Shown: positions 36,566-49,544 of the stretch, in pieces
Numbering within the stretch: the first letter of the stretch is position 1
Layout: every line of letters begins with the position of its first letter
Assembly (NCBI RefSeq): GCF_021028975.2
Contig: NC_059438.1
Span: forward strand, 24,428,001 to 24,492,000
Reading direction: 5' to 3'
Length of the DNA stretch: 64,000 nucleotides
Source: Sphaerodactylus townsendi
Lineage: Eukaryota
Notes under the pieces: generated by a model
The model's database searches: none
The model's input: only the letters and a program-made list of their open reading frames with translations
Told to the model about the DNA's origin: nothing
Translations under genes and position numbers: made by a program

Positions 36566-38273
36566 TCACTGAGGATCTTAATCTTCTGTAAAATGGATCT
36601 GTGTGAGAATCGGCTCCAATGTGTGGAAAGTGTGGGATCGGGCGTGGAAATGGCCCAGGTGTCCTTTATTTCTCGTGGCAGGTAACAGCAGGCTTCTTGT
36701 GCCTCGATTCCCCTACAGGTTCCCTCCTCCATGAATGCTGAAAATGGCAACAACCTGTGCAGCCTTTTCAGATGCTTTCAGTGGGCAGGTGTGGCATGTG
36801 GGCATCCATTTGTTCACCAGAGATGTTTTCAAAGCCTCTCTCACTCTTCCATTAGAGCTGGAAGTTCACATTTCTCCTGGCAGGAAGGCTCGTGTGTTGA
36901 GGAGGGGGAATAAGCAGCTTTCTTATTGATCTGCATTATTTGCAACTCAGTGTGATGTTTTGTTTTAAAAGCAAGTGCTTGGAATACTAAATGGAGGCAT
37001 TTTTCCCTCTTAAATGTTTCTTAGCATGATATGCAGTGGAGACAGCTTGGATACAGGAGGCTTGTGCAAAACCAATTACAGTCTCTCTGTCGAATGTAGT
37101 ACAAAAATCACGTTTGCAGGAGCCTCTTCAGTTTGCCGAGTAAAATGTCTTCCATTCACCAGTTTCTTAACCTTTCTGAAATGTGTGTCGCCTGCTCAGG
37201 ACTGGGTGTTTGTGTTCATTTGGAAGACAGGCAGATATCCAGAATTGGGCCGGGTGCGCCCAGAGCTCGTCTTAGACTGTTTCCTGGGATATGTTTCAGC
37301 TTTCTGTCACGAGAGAAAGCAGGCTGCCTCTGATTTCCCTCTCCTGACCGCCCCCTCATCCTCCCTTTCAGTTTGCGTTCCCTGCGCTGCCCCCAGCAGC
37401 CTCCCAAATGTGCTAGAAACACTGGCATATTTTCCCCCATTTTTTGCAAGCATATTCTGCATATAATTAGGTATGTTGCATCCAAGGCGGAATGGAACAA
37501 GAAAGCAGAGGCCAAGAACATATTTTAGAAATCCATTCTCACTAATGCCGCCTCAGGCAGATCCTCGGTGCTGTGTTGAGACAAGGGCTTGGAGCTTTTC
37601 CAAAACTCTTCACTTCTTTGAATCTTGCAAAGGGATGTATCATCAGCAAAAGATGCAGCCGCAGCGGAGAGACTTTGAAGAGCCTTGAGTGGTGGCAAAG
37701 TTTTTCCGCTGGTCAGCCAGAGGAGCTTCCAAAACCTGTCGTCGCTCGCCTCCGGTTGACAGGACCTCCGGGGCACTTTTCCCTGACCTGCTGCCTGAGT
37801 TGTGGAGATGACTGGAAGGTGTCAAGCTGCGTGCTTTCCTTCGGTGTCTAAATTGTGTCATGGGGTTGGCCTGTTGTTTTTCTGCCTTACCACTGCAGGG
37901 ATGCCCCAGGCCCATCATTTCTGATGGCCTTTTCAGAGCTTAACTGAGAAAGAGGTCAGTGGGTCATGTATAATAAAACCTTGGACAACTGGACATCCAT
38001 TTTTAGTGCTTAGTGGCCTAGGTATGAGTACGTAACCGGTTCTCAAATGAGAATTGGACAGATTGGCATGATAGAGCAGTCTGCTGAGGACCAGGATGAC
38101 ATGCTTAGCTCTGTCTTCATGGCGGTGGTCAGACCCGCCCCCTGCCCCGCCCCCCAGTGAACAGCAGATGCACCTGTGAGGCAGGGCACAGGACAGCCAG
38201 GGTTGGGTCATTTGGGTAGCGTGCAGGACATTCCCCCGGCATTCTCTGCTTTTGCCTCTCAGAGGGACAAGGA

Positions 38274-38561
38274 AGCTGCCACAGGAGGTGGTGATGGCCA
38301 CTAACCTGGATAGCTTTAAAAGGGGCTTGGACAGATTTATGGAGGAGAAGTGGATTTATGGCTACCAATCTTGATCCTCTTTGTTCTGAGATTGCAAATG
38401 CCTTAACAGACCAGGTGATCGGGAGCAACAGCCGCAGAAGGCCATTGCTTTCACATCCTGCATGTGATCTCCCAATGGCACCTGGTGGGCCGCTGCGAGT
38501 AGCAGAGAGCTGGACTAAATGGACTCTGGTCTGATCCAGCTGGCTTGTTCTTATGTTCTTA
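38274..38561 (+). mobile_element. CR1 LINE 3' end
   Basis: Near-identical to 57010-57297; ends gttcttatgttctta. Confidence 0.88.
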
Positions 38562-39532
38562 AGCCTTTTGTAGTGTTGCTTCTAGTTAAGATGGGGGGAA
38601 ATGACAACCAGTGACCCCATTTTTGAAAGCTTCTGCAAAAGCCTGGTAGAATGAAAGACCTGCAAACAGTAGATAAAGCAAGGATCCCTCCCCTGCCTTT
38701 TTTCACCCAAGGGTCTAGGGAGCCCTTCCAAATATGAGCTCGCTCTGTGTCTCTCTGCAGATGTAAGCGGGCAAAATTTCCAGGGCAGCCTTTGGGTCAG
38801 GCTCTCTTGGCTATCTTTGGAGTGGAATGCAGCAGTTGTTTATCAGCACAGTGCAAGATTTCACAGTTGGCTGCCACGGGAAGGAAGGGAGAATCCCACA
38901 TTCAATTGCAACCGTGGAGGAAATCTTCAGATGGAAGAATGCAATTTAAACCCAGTGTGCGGTAATCTGAAAACTGCTGCCCTTAGATCCGTCAATGGAA
39001 GATTGCTCATTAACCTGTCTCTTTGGCTGTCATTCTAGCAGCTGCAGATTCTGCCCTGTCATTATGCCTCTGTCTTTTAAGCTGCCTGGGTGGTGGTTTG
39101 CCCCCCCCCTCTCTCGCTCCCTCCTTTCTTTCTTCTTTCCCTCCCCCCCTTTTCATTATTCTGCCTTAACCTGCAGTCTACAGTTGTGTTTTAAAGGAGT
39201 GGAAGGAGGAGCCGGTGCCTTATTGTGGTTGATAATAGTGTCTTATGGAGTCCATTAGAGAGGCACAGTCTGTGCAGGGGTAAAGGGATGCTGAATGTGA
39301 TTGCTGGTGTTCTGGACTCTGGCCAATGTGTGCACCCATGTTCATGTTCAGCTTGTGCTTCAGAGAGCCAAGTTCAAGCCTCCCAAAGTCCTCTTTGGCT
39401 CCCAGGAATAAACACACCCTGAACACAAGGCGGGATTGACTAAGCAGTCTGCTGGTGTCTGGGCTGTGCCGCTTTGACCCAGGTAGCGGAATTCTTCTCT
39501 TAGGCAGTGACTTCCTCCTCTTAGGTCTACAC

Positions 39533-40059
39533 CAGAGGTCTGCAACCTGCGGCTCTGGAGCCCCATGCGGCTCTTTCAGCCTTATACTGCGGTTCCTTGT
39601 GGCCTGGAGGTTGGAGGGTAGCGTGGACGTGTCCCTCCAGCCCGACAGAGCAGCGCTGGAAGGAAAGGTGAGGGGCCGAACCAGAGGCAGCGCCATGCAT
39701 GAGGGTGCCGCTAACTGCAAATCGCTTTTCGCATCCCCTCCACTCACCTCTCTTTCCAGCACTGCTCTGGAGGGCTGGAGGGACATGTCCACGCTGCCCT
39801 CTGACCCCTGGAGGTAGGAGCGTAGCGTGGGCATGTTCCTTCAGAGCAGCTGCCATCCCCCCTCTGCCGCCTGCTCCATTGGGCAGAGGGGGTTTCCCTG
39901 CCCGGCACCACTGCCTCCCAGCACTGGAAGGAAAGCTGAATGGAGGGGACGAACCAGAGGCGGTTCCATGCGGAGCTGCCTCTCCTGCTCGGTAGATCTT
40001 TGGAGTCATGGAAGACGGGTCCAAATGGCTCTTTGGGTGAAAAAGGTTGCCGACCCCTG
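39533..40059. mobile_element. Non-autonomous hAT element with internal inverted repeats
   Basis: Ends CAGAGGTCTGCAACCT / AGGTTGCCGACCCCTG; TSD GTCTACAC at 39525 and 40060; subterminal sequence related to 10892-11325 in opposite orientation. Confidence 0.9.
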
Positions 40060-40404
40060 GTCTACACAGAAGTGAGTTTAGTGTTACTTAGCTGGGCTTG
40101 GTTCTAGAGAAGTATCCTTAGGGTTGTAACATTAGAAAACTAGATTCCAGAGAGAAGGATTTGAGCTGCAAAAACTGCTCTCCCCAAACATGGCAGTTGT
40201 CTACGTGGAGGCATTTTTTAAATGGAGGAACATACAGAAATCACATGTATTCCTGCCATTAGTCTGAAGTGATATAGCTATAGGTGTAGCTTTTTCCTGT
40301 CCATGGAAAAGCTTTGATTACTTGCCCAGCCATGCTGTAAGGGTAAGTTCTGGTTTAAAAAAATGAGATGGTATGTAGATCAGCCCACTGTGTATGTACG
40401 TTGT

Positions 40405-40570
40405 TCGACAGTAGAATGCACTACCTTGAAGGGTAGTGGGGTCTCCTTCTTTGGAGGTTTTTGAAGAGAGGCTGGATGGCCATCTGTCAGGGGTGCTTTG
40501 ATTGTGTGTTCCTGGATTGCAGGGGGTTGGACTTGATGGCCTCTTCCAACTCTATGACTCTGTGATTCTA
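40405..40570 (+). mobile_element. CR1 LINE 3' end
   Basis: ggaggtttttgaagagaggctggatggccatctgtc...ttccaactctatgactctgtgattcta tail. Confidence 0.85.
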
Positions 40571-42509
40571 CAGAAATTGTGGGATGGAGCCTTAGCCTTT
40601 AAGAGACTAGGAAAGTGTATTTGCTATTTGGAAAATATATTTTTAAAGAAAATTTCTTTGCCACCTCTCCAGGGACCTGTTCAGTGCAGCTCACAAAATA
40701 AAAACAACACAGTAGGATCATAACAATACTAACATAGTAATTGATAATACTAAAGTAAGCCATAAAATAAGCGACATTTGTAACCTGAAATAATATCCAC
40801 GAAATAGTCCTTAGCCTACAAACAACCCATTCAAGCTGTTTTTAAAAGGAGTAACTCAGTCAAAGCCCAGGTAAAAAGAAACATTTTGGCCCAGCAAAGA
40901 GTATAATAGGCTGTTTATGAGCCTCAAAGGGGGGGGGAGTATTCCAAAGGTTGGGTGCCACCACCAAAATGGCCCTGCATCTGGCCACCTGTCCCTTTCC
41001 TGCTTTTGGAAGTGCGGGCCCAGAAACAGAATTTTAACCTTTTCTGGTTTATTCAATACAGGATCTTATGTTCTCAAATGGATGCTAGCACGTTCTTGGT
41101 TAAAATTCTGTAGATTCTTTTTGCATTAGAGTTGCTCTTCATTCTTCTCTTCCCCTTTTCTCCAAAGTTCTTTCTCATAATGAGAATTACGGTGAGAGAG
41201 ATGGGGGCGCTGTTCATAATATTTATATAGTGCTTTTGCGAAGTGCTGAAGGCATTTCACATGCATATATTCCCTCAGTTAGTAGTGGAGAGAAAGTTGC
41301 TTGCCTGAAGCAAACTGCTGATTTAATCACTGAGCTGTATTTTGGGCTGATACCAACATGAGAGGTATAGCAGGCATATTTAGGGAGTCCATAATAAAGG
41401 GACAGGCTGCTGTCTAGAATTGAGAACATTGGAGATCTGCCAATGGCTGGAAACGTGCAGGCGGGAGTTGGGGCACTTTTGAAGGTCAGTGAAAATTTTC
41501 ACTTTGACAGCAACTTTCAAATCCCAGGCCTGGAATTGTTTTTCCCATTATTACCCAGGTGGCAGCACCAAGTTCTTGGAGGATTTTCCCCATGCCTAAC
41601 AGATCCCATGGAAACCAGCTGCCATGGTGGGGGGGCGGGGGGCGGGATGTGATAAAGCTTCTTCAAGGCCCCCCCATAGCACCTGCAGCCACGAGGGCAG
41701 GGCTGCTTGACCCTGGCTCCACTTGTGTGCAGCAAAAACCTGGCAATGTATTTGAAAAAACTAGGTCAGGTTGTATGCCAGCCTGTACCACTCACCTGTG
41801 CTGCTGTCCCTTTTGTGGCTTGGAGAAGGTGGCTGGCGTTGACTGGGGTCCCTTTTCAAAATGCTTCTGCGCTCCCGCCTCCCCTGTGCTAATCGTTCAA
41901 CGTGTTTGTGATGCTAATTAGTAGGTTAGCGATGCCTGATGAATCAGATGAACTGTCAGCTATTATTTCCCCCCCTCCTGGAATATGAGCATTGTTGGTT
42001 GCTTGACTGGCTGCTGCTGCTGCTGCTGCTGCTGAGCTGGCTTCCATGGGAACAGGCTTGTTAGTCACAAGTTGCTTAATTGGCTGGAGAATCCGTGAGA
42101 AGCAAGTTGCTGGCTGGTTGAGAAATGCCTCTGTGGATGAAACTGGGACTTGTACGCTTTTCTGTTGCTGGCGCTGGTGTCATCCGTGCAGCTGTGGACT
42201 CAGATGGGCTTCTCTGCCTGGGCCTTTCTTTGCTTGTGTCATTTCAATCCTTTTATTTAGAGAGGGGGGGAGCCAGGGGGCAGTTTTCACCTAGCAACCA
42301 GAGAGAGGATGAATATCCGAGCCTCTTCCTTCCGAGCCGCACCCTATAATGCCAGTACAGTGTGCTTAGATTAGCATGCATCATCCTTAGAAACTGCATC
42401 ACAAGTTGCTCAGCCATCTGTGGGATTTGGCACTGAGCAGCTGGCTATGGGGAGGGGCACCGAGGTGCCCACTTCTCCTGGTCCCAGCAGTCTTCTTTTT
42501 GAAAGGCAG

Positions 42510-42788
42510 TAGAGGAAGAAGAAGAGTTTTGGATTTGTACCCCTCCCACTTTTTTTCTCTTCTGTAAGGACGCTCAAAGGGGCTTACGAACTCCCTTTCT
42601 TCTCCCCACAACAGACACCTTGTGAGGTAGGTGGTGTTGAAAGAGTTCCAAGAACTGTGACTGGCCCAAGATCACGCATGTGGAGGAGCAGGGAAACAAA
42701 TCTGGTTCACCAGATAAGACTCCGCCTCTCATGCAAAGGAGTGGGGAATCAAACCCAGTTCTCCAGATTAGAGTCTCCAGATTAGAGT
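42510..42788 (-). mobile_element. Squam3-like SINE
   Basis: (GAA)n tail and reverse-complement body. Confidence 0.85.
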
Positions 42789-42829
42789 TGCTAAGCCTTT
42801 CCTTGTTTACTACAGTTAGTGCAGTGCTA

Positions 42830-43661
42830 TAAGATGAAGTGCAGTGGTATAAGATGGGTGACACCTGACTTAACAACAGTACATGTGAAAGGGATCTGGG
42901 AGTGTTAGTAGACCCCAAACTGAACATGAGTCAGCAGTGTGATGTGGTAGCCAAGAAAGCCAATGCAATTCTGGGGTGCATCAATAGGAGTCCAGTGTCT
43001 AGATTGAGGGATGTAATAGTGCCTTTCTACTGGAGGGGGAGGACGTCTGGATGGGTGTTACCCAGCTCGTTCTCAGGGAGACAGGATGTAGTTTTTCGTC
43101 ACTTCCTGGGAACCGGCTGGGCGCCCATTTTGGCTCCAGTTTAAATCCTGTCTCTGCAGGGAGAACTCACCTGGAATACTGTGTCCAGTTCTGGGCACCA
43201 CAATTCAAGAAGGATATAGCCAAGTTGAAACGGGTCCAGAGGAGGGTGGCCAAAGGTCTGGAATCCATTCCCTACAAGGAGAAACTTTGGGAGCTGGGCA
43301 TGTTTTGTCTGGAGAAAAGAAGGTGAAAGGGTGACATGATAGTGCCATGTTTAAATATTGGAAGGGATGTCATGTTGAAGACGGAACAAACTTGTTTTAT
43401 GCTGCTCCAGAGACTAGGACAAGGAGTAACAGATTCAAGGTGCAGGAAAAAAGATTCTACCTAAACACTAAGAAGAACTGCCTGATTGTCATGGCCATCT
43501 GACACTGGAACCCACTGCCTGAGAGTGTGGTCGAGTCTCCTTCTTTGGAGGTTTTTTAACAGGCTGGATGGCCATCTGTCAGGAGTGCTTTGATTGTGTC
43601 TTCCTGCATGGCAGGGGTTGGACTGGATGGCCCTTGGGGTCTCTCCCAACTATGATTCTAT
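42830..43661 (+). mobile_element. CR1 LINE 3' portion with ORF2 remnants and an approximately 130-bp insert at 43030-43160
   Basis: DLGVLVDPKLNMSQQCDVVAKKANAILGCINRS; [17 protein letters not shown]; CR1 tail atgattcta. Confidence 0.92.
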
Positions 43662-44366
43662 TACTGCTGCTTTTATTAATAGTGTCATACTTCCCAACCT
43701 CTAGTTTTTGGTTATAGAGATGAGAGAAGCATCTTCGTTTCATTTCTTGATAGTCTGTGGTTAGCCGTAGAGAAATCTGTCCCCCTGCTTGGCATCAGGA
43801 TAATTTATAAGTGCCCGAGCAGAGACAGGAAATCTTAATGTGACCAAGTACCTCAGAATTTTTTCTAGCTAACAGACTGGAGTTGGTTTTGTGCAGGTAG
43901 TCAGAACCCGCTCTGTGCAATGGGTCTGTTTGTAAAGTCTGACACGTGATTCAGTCTCCTTGTTGCCAATTTCCACAAGTGTGAAGGAGCACTTTCTAGC
44001 TGCCACATTCAGAGGTAATTTTTAGGAAATGGCCTCCACATTGGCCGGAACGCCTTGCCTTGGACACTTGATCCCATCACATTTTGAATGGCTGAACCAT
44101 CGGACCATTTGGATAAAAGCTTGAAGATCCTCCTTTAGGGAAGTGCAAATGACCACAGCAGGAAAGGGTTAACTTTTCCTGAGATGCCTCTCAAAAGTCC
44201 AGTGGTTAATTGTGTTGGATATTTTTTTCCCTTTTCGCCCTTAATTTGCTGAAGACCTAAGGAGGGAATAGGGTTAGAACCTTTTTTTCTTCAGGGCCAT
44301 CTTTGGGTTTTGCATGTGTCCCGATGTTTGCAGAGGAAGAGGCACTTGAACAAGTAACATTCGTAT

Positions 44367-44497
44367 GCTCTGAAGATGCCAGCCACAGATGCGGGCGGAA
44401 CGTTAGGAGAAAATGCCACTGGAACACGGCCATACAGCCCGGAAAACCCCACAACACCCCACTGATTCTGGCCATGAAAGCCTTCGACAATACATTG
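44367..44497 (+). mobile_element. Short Penelope-like insert starting at a mutated hammerhead motif
   Basis: ctctgaagatgccagccacagatgcgggcggaacgttagga...gaaagccttcgacaatac; 11-bp TSD AACATTCGTAT at 44356 and 44498. Confidence 0.85.
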
Positions 44498-47369
44498 AAC
44501 ATTCGTATCCACGGCTGTCCATTTGGTTGGAGGAAGGGGCCATTCTTTTGGTGAGAGAAAGAGCATACCCAGACTCCTCTTGGTTTCTCTTGGGACTGAG
44601 GCTTTCAGCTTCCTGGTTCAGTCTTCATTCTAGCTCAGCCATTTCCCTCTAGTTGCTGACCTGTGTGGCTTCGGTCCGGTCTGTCCTCCCTCACTCCCTG
44701 TCTGTCAGGTCTTTCATTGTCCTGGCCTGTTCCTTTGGCGCTCAGCCCATTTGCCTGCTGCTGCCGCCGCCTTTTGTCTGTCCTGGCCATGCATCTGTGC
44801 ACTTTACATGAACGGGCTTCACTGCTCTGTGCTGGGGCCACTCCACGGCCAGACACGGCCTGCCTTTCCCTCTTGCTTGCCAAATGCTTTCTCCCGGTGG
44901 GCCTGGCTGTCTGCAGGTGCTGGGCCTCCGTCCCTCGCTGCCATCCTTGCTGTTGCTCCTTCCAACCCTCCGCCGTGCTCAGGTGAAGCCCACTTCCTGC
45001 AGTCTGAAAGCACCAGCGTTGTTCTTGTGTGCTGCAGAGCCCATGGTAAGAATGAGTCACCCTCCGCTCGTGAGGCTGTGAGTAAGAAAAGCGGGGCCTG
45101 TTCTGTGCTTCCTCCCAGGGGCATCATCCATCCTCTAGAACCGTCTGTGCAGTTCTAATTTATTCTTATTGATCCCTTGTTTGGCTGTGTGCTGGGGAAT
45201 AGACGCCTGAAAACGAAAGCCTTTAACAGGACCAGGAAGTGGCCCCTCCCACCCCCACCCCCCAACAGCACCCGTGGAAGTCTCGGGATTGTTTAATGCA
45301 CCCCCCGCATGTGCTCGTGGGTTCTCATCTGCGTGTCGATGCTGGCAGTTAGCAGGGAACTCGCTAGGGGAGGAAAGCCCTGTCCCTCTCATGAGTGGGA
45401 CGCTGCTCAGTCTGATGAACCTTTCGGCCTTGGGATGCCAACAGCAACCTTTCCCCCCAATGCCAGGCCCATAAGTTCCTCTCCTCCTGCCCCCAGGTCT
45501 GTTTCACATTATGCTGACTGTGAAGCAGCATGTGGAGAGGGGAACCTCTAGAACAGGGACGTTGGACTCATTCCTTATGCGGGCCGGATATGACATAAAT
45601 GTGGATTGGCTAGGCTGGGCGGCCAAAGGCTACCTCGGCTGGCCCCAGGACAGCACGGGGGGGGGGGGGGGATGCCTCGGCTGGTGAACCTGCAGCAGGG
45701 TGGGATGGCTGCCTTCAGAGGGCTTATCAGGCCCGCAAGTCAGCTGAGGCAACTTCCCTCCCTTGCTGGCTGGCTAGGCCAGATCGGGAGTGAAGGGGGG
45801 AAGGCCTCAGGTGACTCCCCCTCAGGGAGCTCCACCCAGCCCCTGCTCGAGAAAGCTCTTGATGTCCAGAGATGCATGTTCCAAAGTGAAGCTGCTGAAG
45901 TCTGCGTATTAGATGGCTTTAGATCTTGTTGTCGGTCCAAACAGCGTACGCAAGAAAATGTGCAGGACTTCGCTGTCCTCCAAACGTGCCCCTGCTTCAC
46001 TTGGAGGATTCACAAACGTGCAAAAAAAAGCCACTCTCTGCTTCTCTTGGAGCAGAAGCCGAGTCCAGGTGTTGAATTCTCCGCTGTTATCCATTTTTCA
46101 TGCTAGTGGTGACCCAGATTCGAGATAGCCGGGTTGTATCAAGGGAAGAAGGAAGCCAGTGAGCTGAACATAATAAACAGCCATCCAGGGGATATGTGCA
46201 GAGCAGGAAAAATGAAATCCCAAGTCGCCGGCTTCTCTGTTCCTAGAAATTTGATGCTGGTGCCTAATTTGATCTTTTGCTTCAGGAAAACAGATCTTGG
46301 TGCCTTGGAATAAAAAATGTGGTTTCAGCAACTCTGACTCTGCCTGGGTGGGAACGCTGCTCCATATCTGATTCCCATAGTCTGTACGCCGAGGATTCTG
46401 GGCCATTTCCTCACTTCCCTCCCTCCCCCAAACCCCTCCCCCCTTAAGACTGAAGAAGTCTACGTTTGTAGGATTAGCTTGGGCTATGCAATCTGTGTAG
46501 CTGGTTTTTGCACTGCCTGGAATATGCAGGACATTTAGAAGATCAAAATGTGCTTCAGAAGGGGGAAACTGCCTAGCTTGGCTGTTCTTTGGTAACTGAA
46601 TGCCTTCATGATGTTTCTAGAGGTACAGGAAGTATGCTTTTTGCTATGTGACAATCCACAGGCATTGAATGAAGTGTCTCTGGTCCTCTTCCACATTGGG
46701 ATCTGTCCCCGGTTGTGTTCCTTGCAAATATGTAAAGCAGACTTTGGTGTCTTGAGGGTTTCTGAATTGCATGATAGCGAGGAGCAGAGGTGAAGGTAAA
46801 GTTTCCCGAGAGTTCTCACTGCCTCAGCATTTCCTTGCAAGGAGATGTTTGACTAAATTATTCGGGCTGCTTGTTTATGAAAATAGGGTCCAAGTCACGA
46901 ACATTGCTGTTGGAAATTATGCAACCAAACTTCTCAAAAACATCTGCTGTTTCCAGTTCTGCAAAAGGTGAACAAGCCAGCCAAGATACGAAGTGAGGAT
47001 TTCAACCCAGGATTCTGGTGTCTCCCATGAAAAGTTGGACCCTGTTCAGACTCTCATTTTTTGTGGAAAGAGGTTACCCAGTGTTTACTGCCCTGCTCTC
47101 CTTCAAGTCCACATTTTTGCTCTGTAGTGTAACCCCTTCCTGGTATTTCCTGTCCTAGGCTGTATGGGGTTAGGCTCCTCGCAGGGAAGCCCTGCCTTTG
47201 AAGGGCAGAGGGCAGCAGCACATCCTGCGCCATTTTTCTGGTCTGCACCCTCGAGCCCCCCACCCCCACCCCGGTCTTCCTGTTGACACTCAGACTTGCT
47301 TCCAGACCAGCGATGGGTCTTCCTTGCCAACCTGGGCAGCTGACAGCCTTCAGTAAACAGGACGGGGTG

Positions 47370-47845
47370 CAGAGGTGGGATCCAGCAGGTTCTCACAGGT
47401 TCCCGAGAGTAGGTTACTAATTATTTGTGTGTGCCGAGAGGGGGCTACTAATTGGTGATTTTGCCACGTGATTTTTGCCTTAGTTACGCCCCACCTTGGC
47501 TCCTCAGCAGTAGTGCGCAGAACTGGAAGCAGTCTAGCAGGAGGTGTGACAGTAAAGTGCGTAAAGTTTGCGCTCTTTATGTGTATTCGCTTCACCCAAG
47601 CGACCAAAGCAGCGTAGCTGTGGCAAGGACGCGAAAGCGCCAAGGCTGGTCTTTGGGTGGGAAACGAATAATAATATAGGCAGGCCGCCAACGTACCAGG
47701 AATGCCCCTCGCCTCGAATGCCTACACTATACCCACGCCTCTATCATGCCCCAGCTCCAGCCCTGCATTGGCGCTTACGCCATTGAAGTTTGAATCCCAC
47801 CGCCATGGGAACCTTGTTACTGGCTGCCTTTGGATCCCACCACTG
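47370..47845 (+). mobile_element. Non-autonomous hAT element, TIR CAGWGGTGGGATCCA
   Basis: TIRs at both ends; homologous to 50484-50874 in inverted orientation; TSD unclear. Confidence 0.85.
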
Positions 47846-48184
47846 GACGGCAGGGTGGTGTTTCTGGGTCATCATTTTCTGTGCTCTCCGCAGAGGGGGA
47901 GTAAAAATCAGTTATCTGAAATTTTAGAAGTATAAAATGAGATTCTTCTGATTGCTTAAGAAAACAGATTTTAATTGTAATTCTGTCTTTCCTACAGTGC
48001 TCTGGTTTTAAAGGGCCAGCTCCAAGTCAAGCAGCACTGTGGTCTTTAAAGGCTTCGTACAAATGTGCAGATCAAAGTTTTGGGTTTTGTCAGCTTTTCT
48101 GCATAAAAGTGTCACGAAGGGAAATATCTGAGGTTGGTGACGCAGCCAGGGGCATTTTTTTCTGTTTATTATTGTGTTGTTCTG

Positions 48185-48338
48185 GAGAGTTGTGGGGTTT
48201 CCGGGCTGTATGGCCGTGTTCCAGTAGCATTTTCTCCTGATGTTTCACCTGCCTCTGCGGCTGGCATCTTCAGAGGATCATCCTCTGGAAACCCCACAAC
48301 ACTCCAGTGATTCTGGCCGTGAAAGCCTTCGACAACAC
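48185..48338. mobile_element. Short Penelope-like insert with inverted 5' part
   Basis: Same terminus gaaagccttcgacaacac; 14-bp TSD ATTGTGTTGTTCTG at 48171 and 48339; CpG-decayed hammerhead on the - strand at 48235-48277. Confidence 0.85.
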
Positions 48339-48611
48339 ATTGTGTTGTTCTGTTTATTACTAGACTTGAGAATTGGTAACCACCGCAGGTGCTGAGATCC
48401 TGGACATCCCATTTGGGATCCCACCTGGATCATCCCCTCAGCCTTCCTGAAGAAGCTGCTGTTTTCATCTGCTGCTCTGCAGCCACTGAGTTCTGCAACT
48501 GTCCCAGTCTTAAAGCTGTTAAAAGTTTTGATTCTGTCCGCCAACCAGCGGGGACATTTGCTTCCCATCTCATGGAGAAATGCTGTTTTCCTCAGTAGGT
48601 GCCAGTTCTTG

Positions 48612-48684
48612 CTTCTGGTAGCCGGATCCTAGCCATGCTTTCCCACTTCTGATAGCCGGATCCTAGCCATGCTTTCCCACTTCT
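48612..48684. repeat. 34-bp tandem duplication
   Basis: cttctgRtagccggatcctagccatgctttccca x2, bounded by CTTCT microhomology. Confidence 0.93.
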
Positions 48685-49544
48685 TTCGGTGGACTGGCTT
48701 CCAGCTGAGAGTGCCCCAGCTCTTGAGTAAGTGGTCTTGCTTTGGTCTCCTCGCATGTGGACCGAGACTTCTGTTTGTCTGGTCGAATTCCGCAGGGCGA
48801 AGGCATGGGAGTTGTGTGACCAGAGGTTGTGGGTGACGTCCCTAGGCAGTATGTTGTTGCATGTTTGTTATAAGCAGTCAGTTTGTGTGCACCTCCTTGT
48901 TCACAGATTTTAAACTCCCTGCTCCCTGATCTCATGGTAGACAGGATCTGGACTGTGGGTTTTCACATTGGGAGGGGTTTGTGTGTGTGAGAGAGGAGCT
49001 GCTGAAATCCGTGTCCTTGAAAAGCAGTGCGAGGGTTTAATTTATTTATGCTCAGATTTCAGTATATTTAGACTCTTCTGTGCATTTCAGATGTGCACCT
49101 CTGGCTGCTAGTTAAAATCTTCTGGCTTTCAGGCCTTTACTTTTGACAAGTGCCTGAAGAATCTCTTTCCGAGTTGCTCTTTGAGAGACGAGTATTTGAA
49201 GTCTCCTCTGTTCTGCGCCCTCTTGTTCCTTCATAGACTCATTGTGCTTTGAGCAGCAACCCAAATGTATTGAAGTTGAGAGCTGGACGCTGAAGCAGAG
49301 GGCTGTCGATGCATGGCTGTAACTCTTTCTCTCTTCCTGGCTCTGCTTGTGGCTGCTTGTGTTTGTCCAGAGGGCAACAGCGCAGCATCTGAGCACTGGG
49401 CCTCCCTTAAGATGGAGGGGCTGTGGCAGAGGCTCTTGGAGACCCTTCTCTTCTCTGCAGAATTCCAGCATCAGGCCAGTTGACAAGCTGAGGGCTCAAC
49501 CTGTGCAGTGCACCCAACTTTGCCCTATGTCCCTTTTCCTGAGC

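Noticed and set aside
39220-40075. Long overlapping GC-rich ORFs (up to 204 aa) as a transposase
   Set aside because: They lie within a 527-bp non-autonomous hAT element; the frames are open because of GC content and show no transposase motifs
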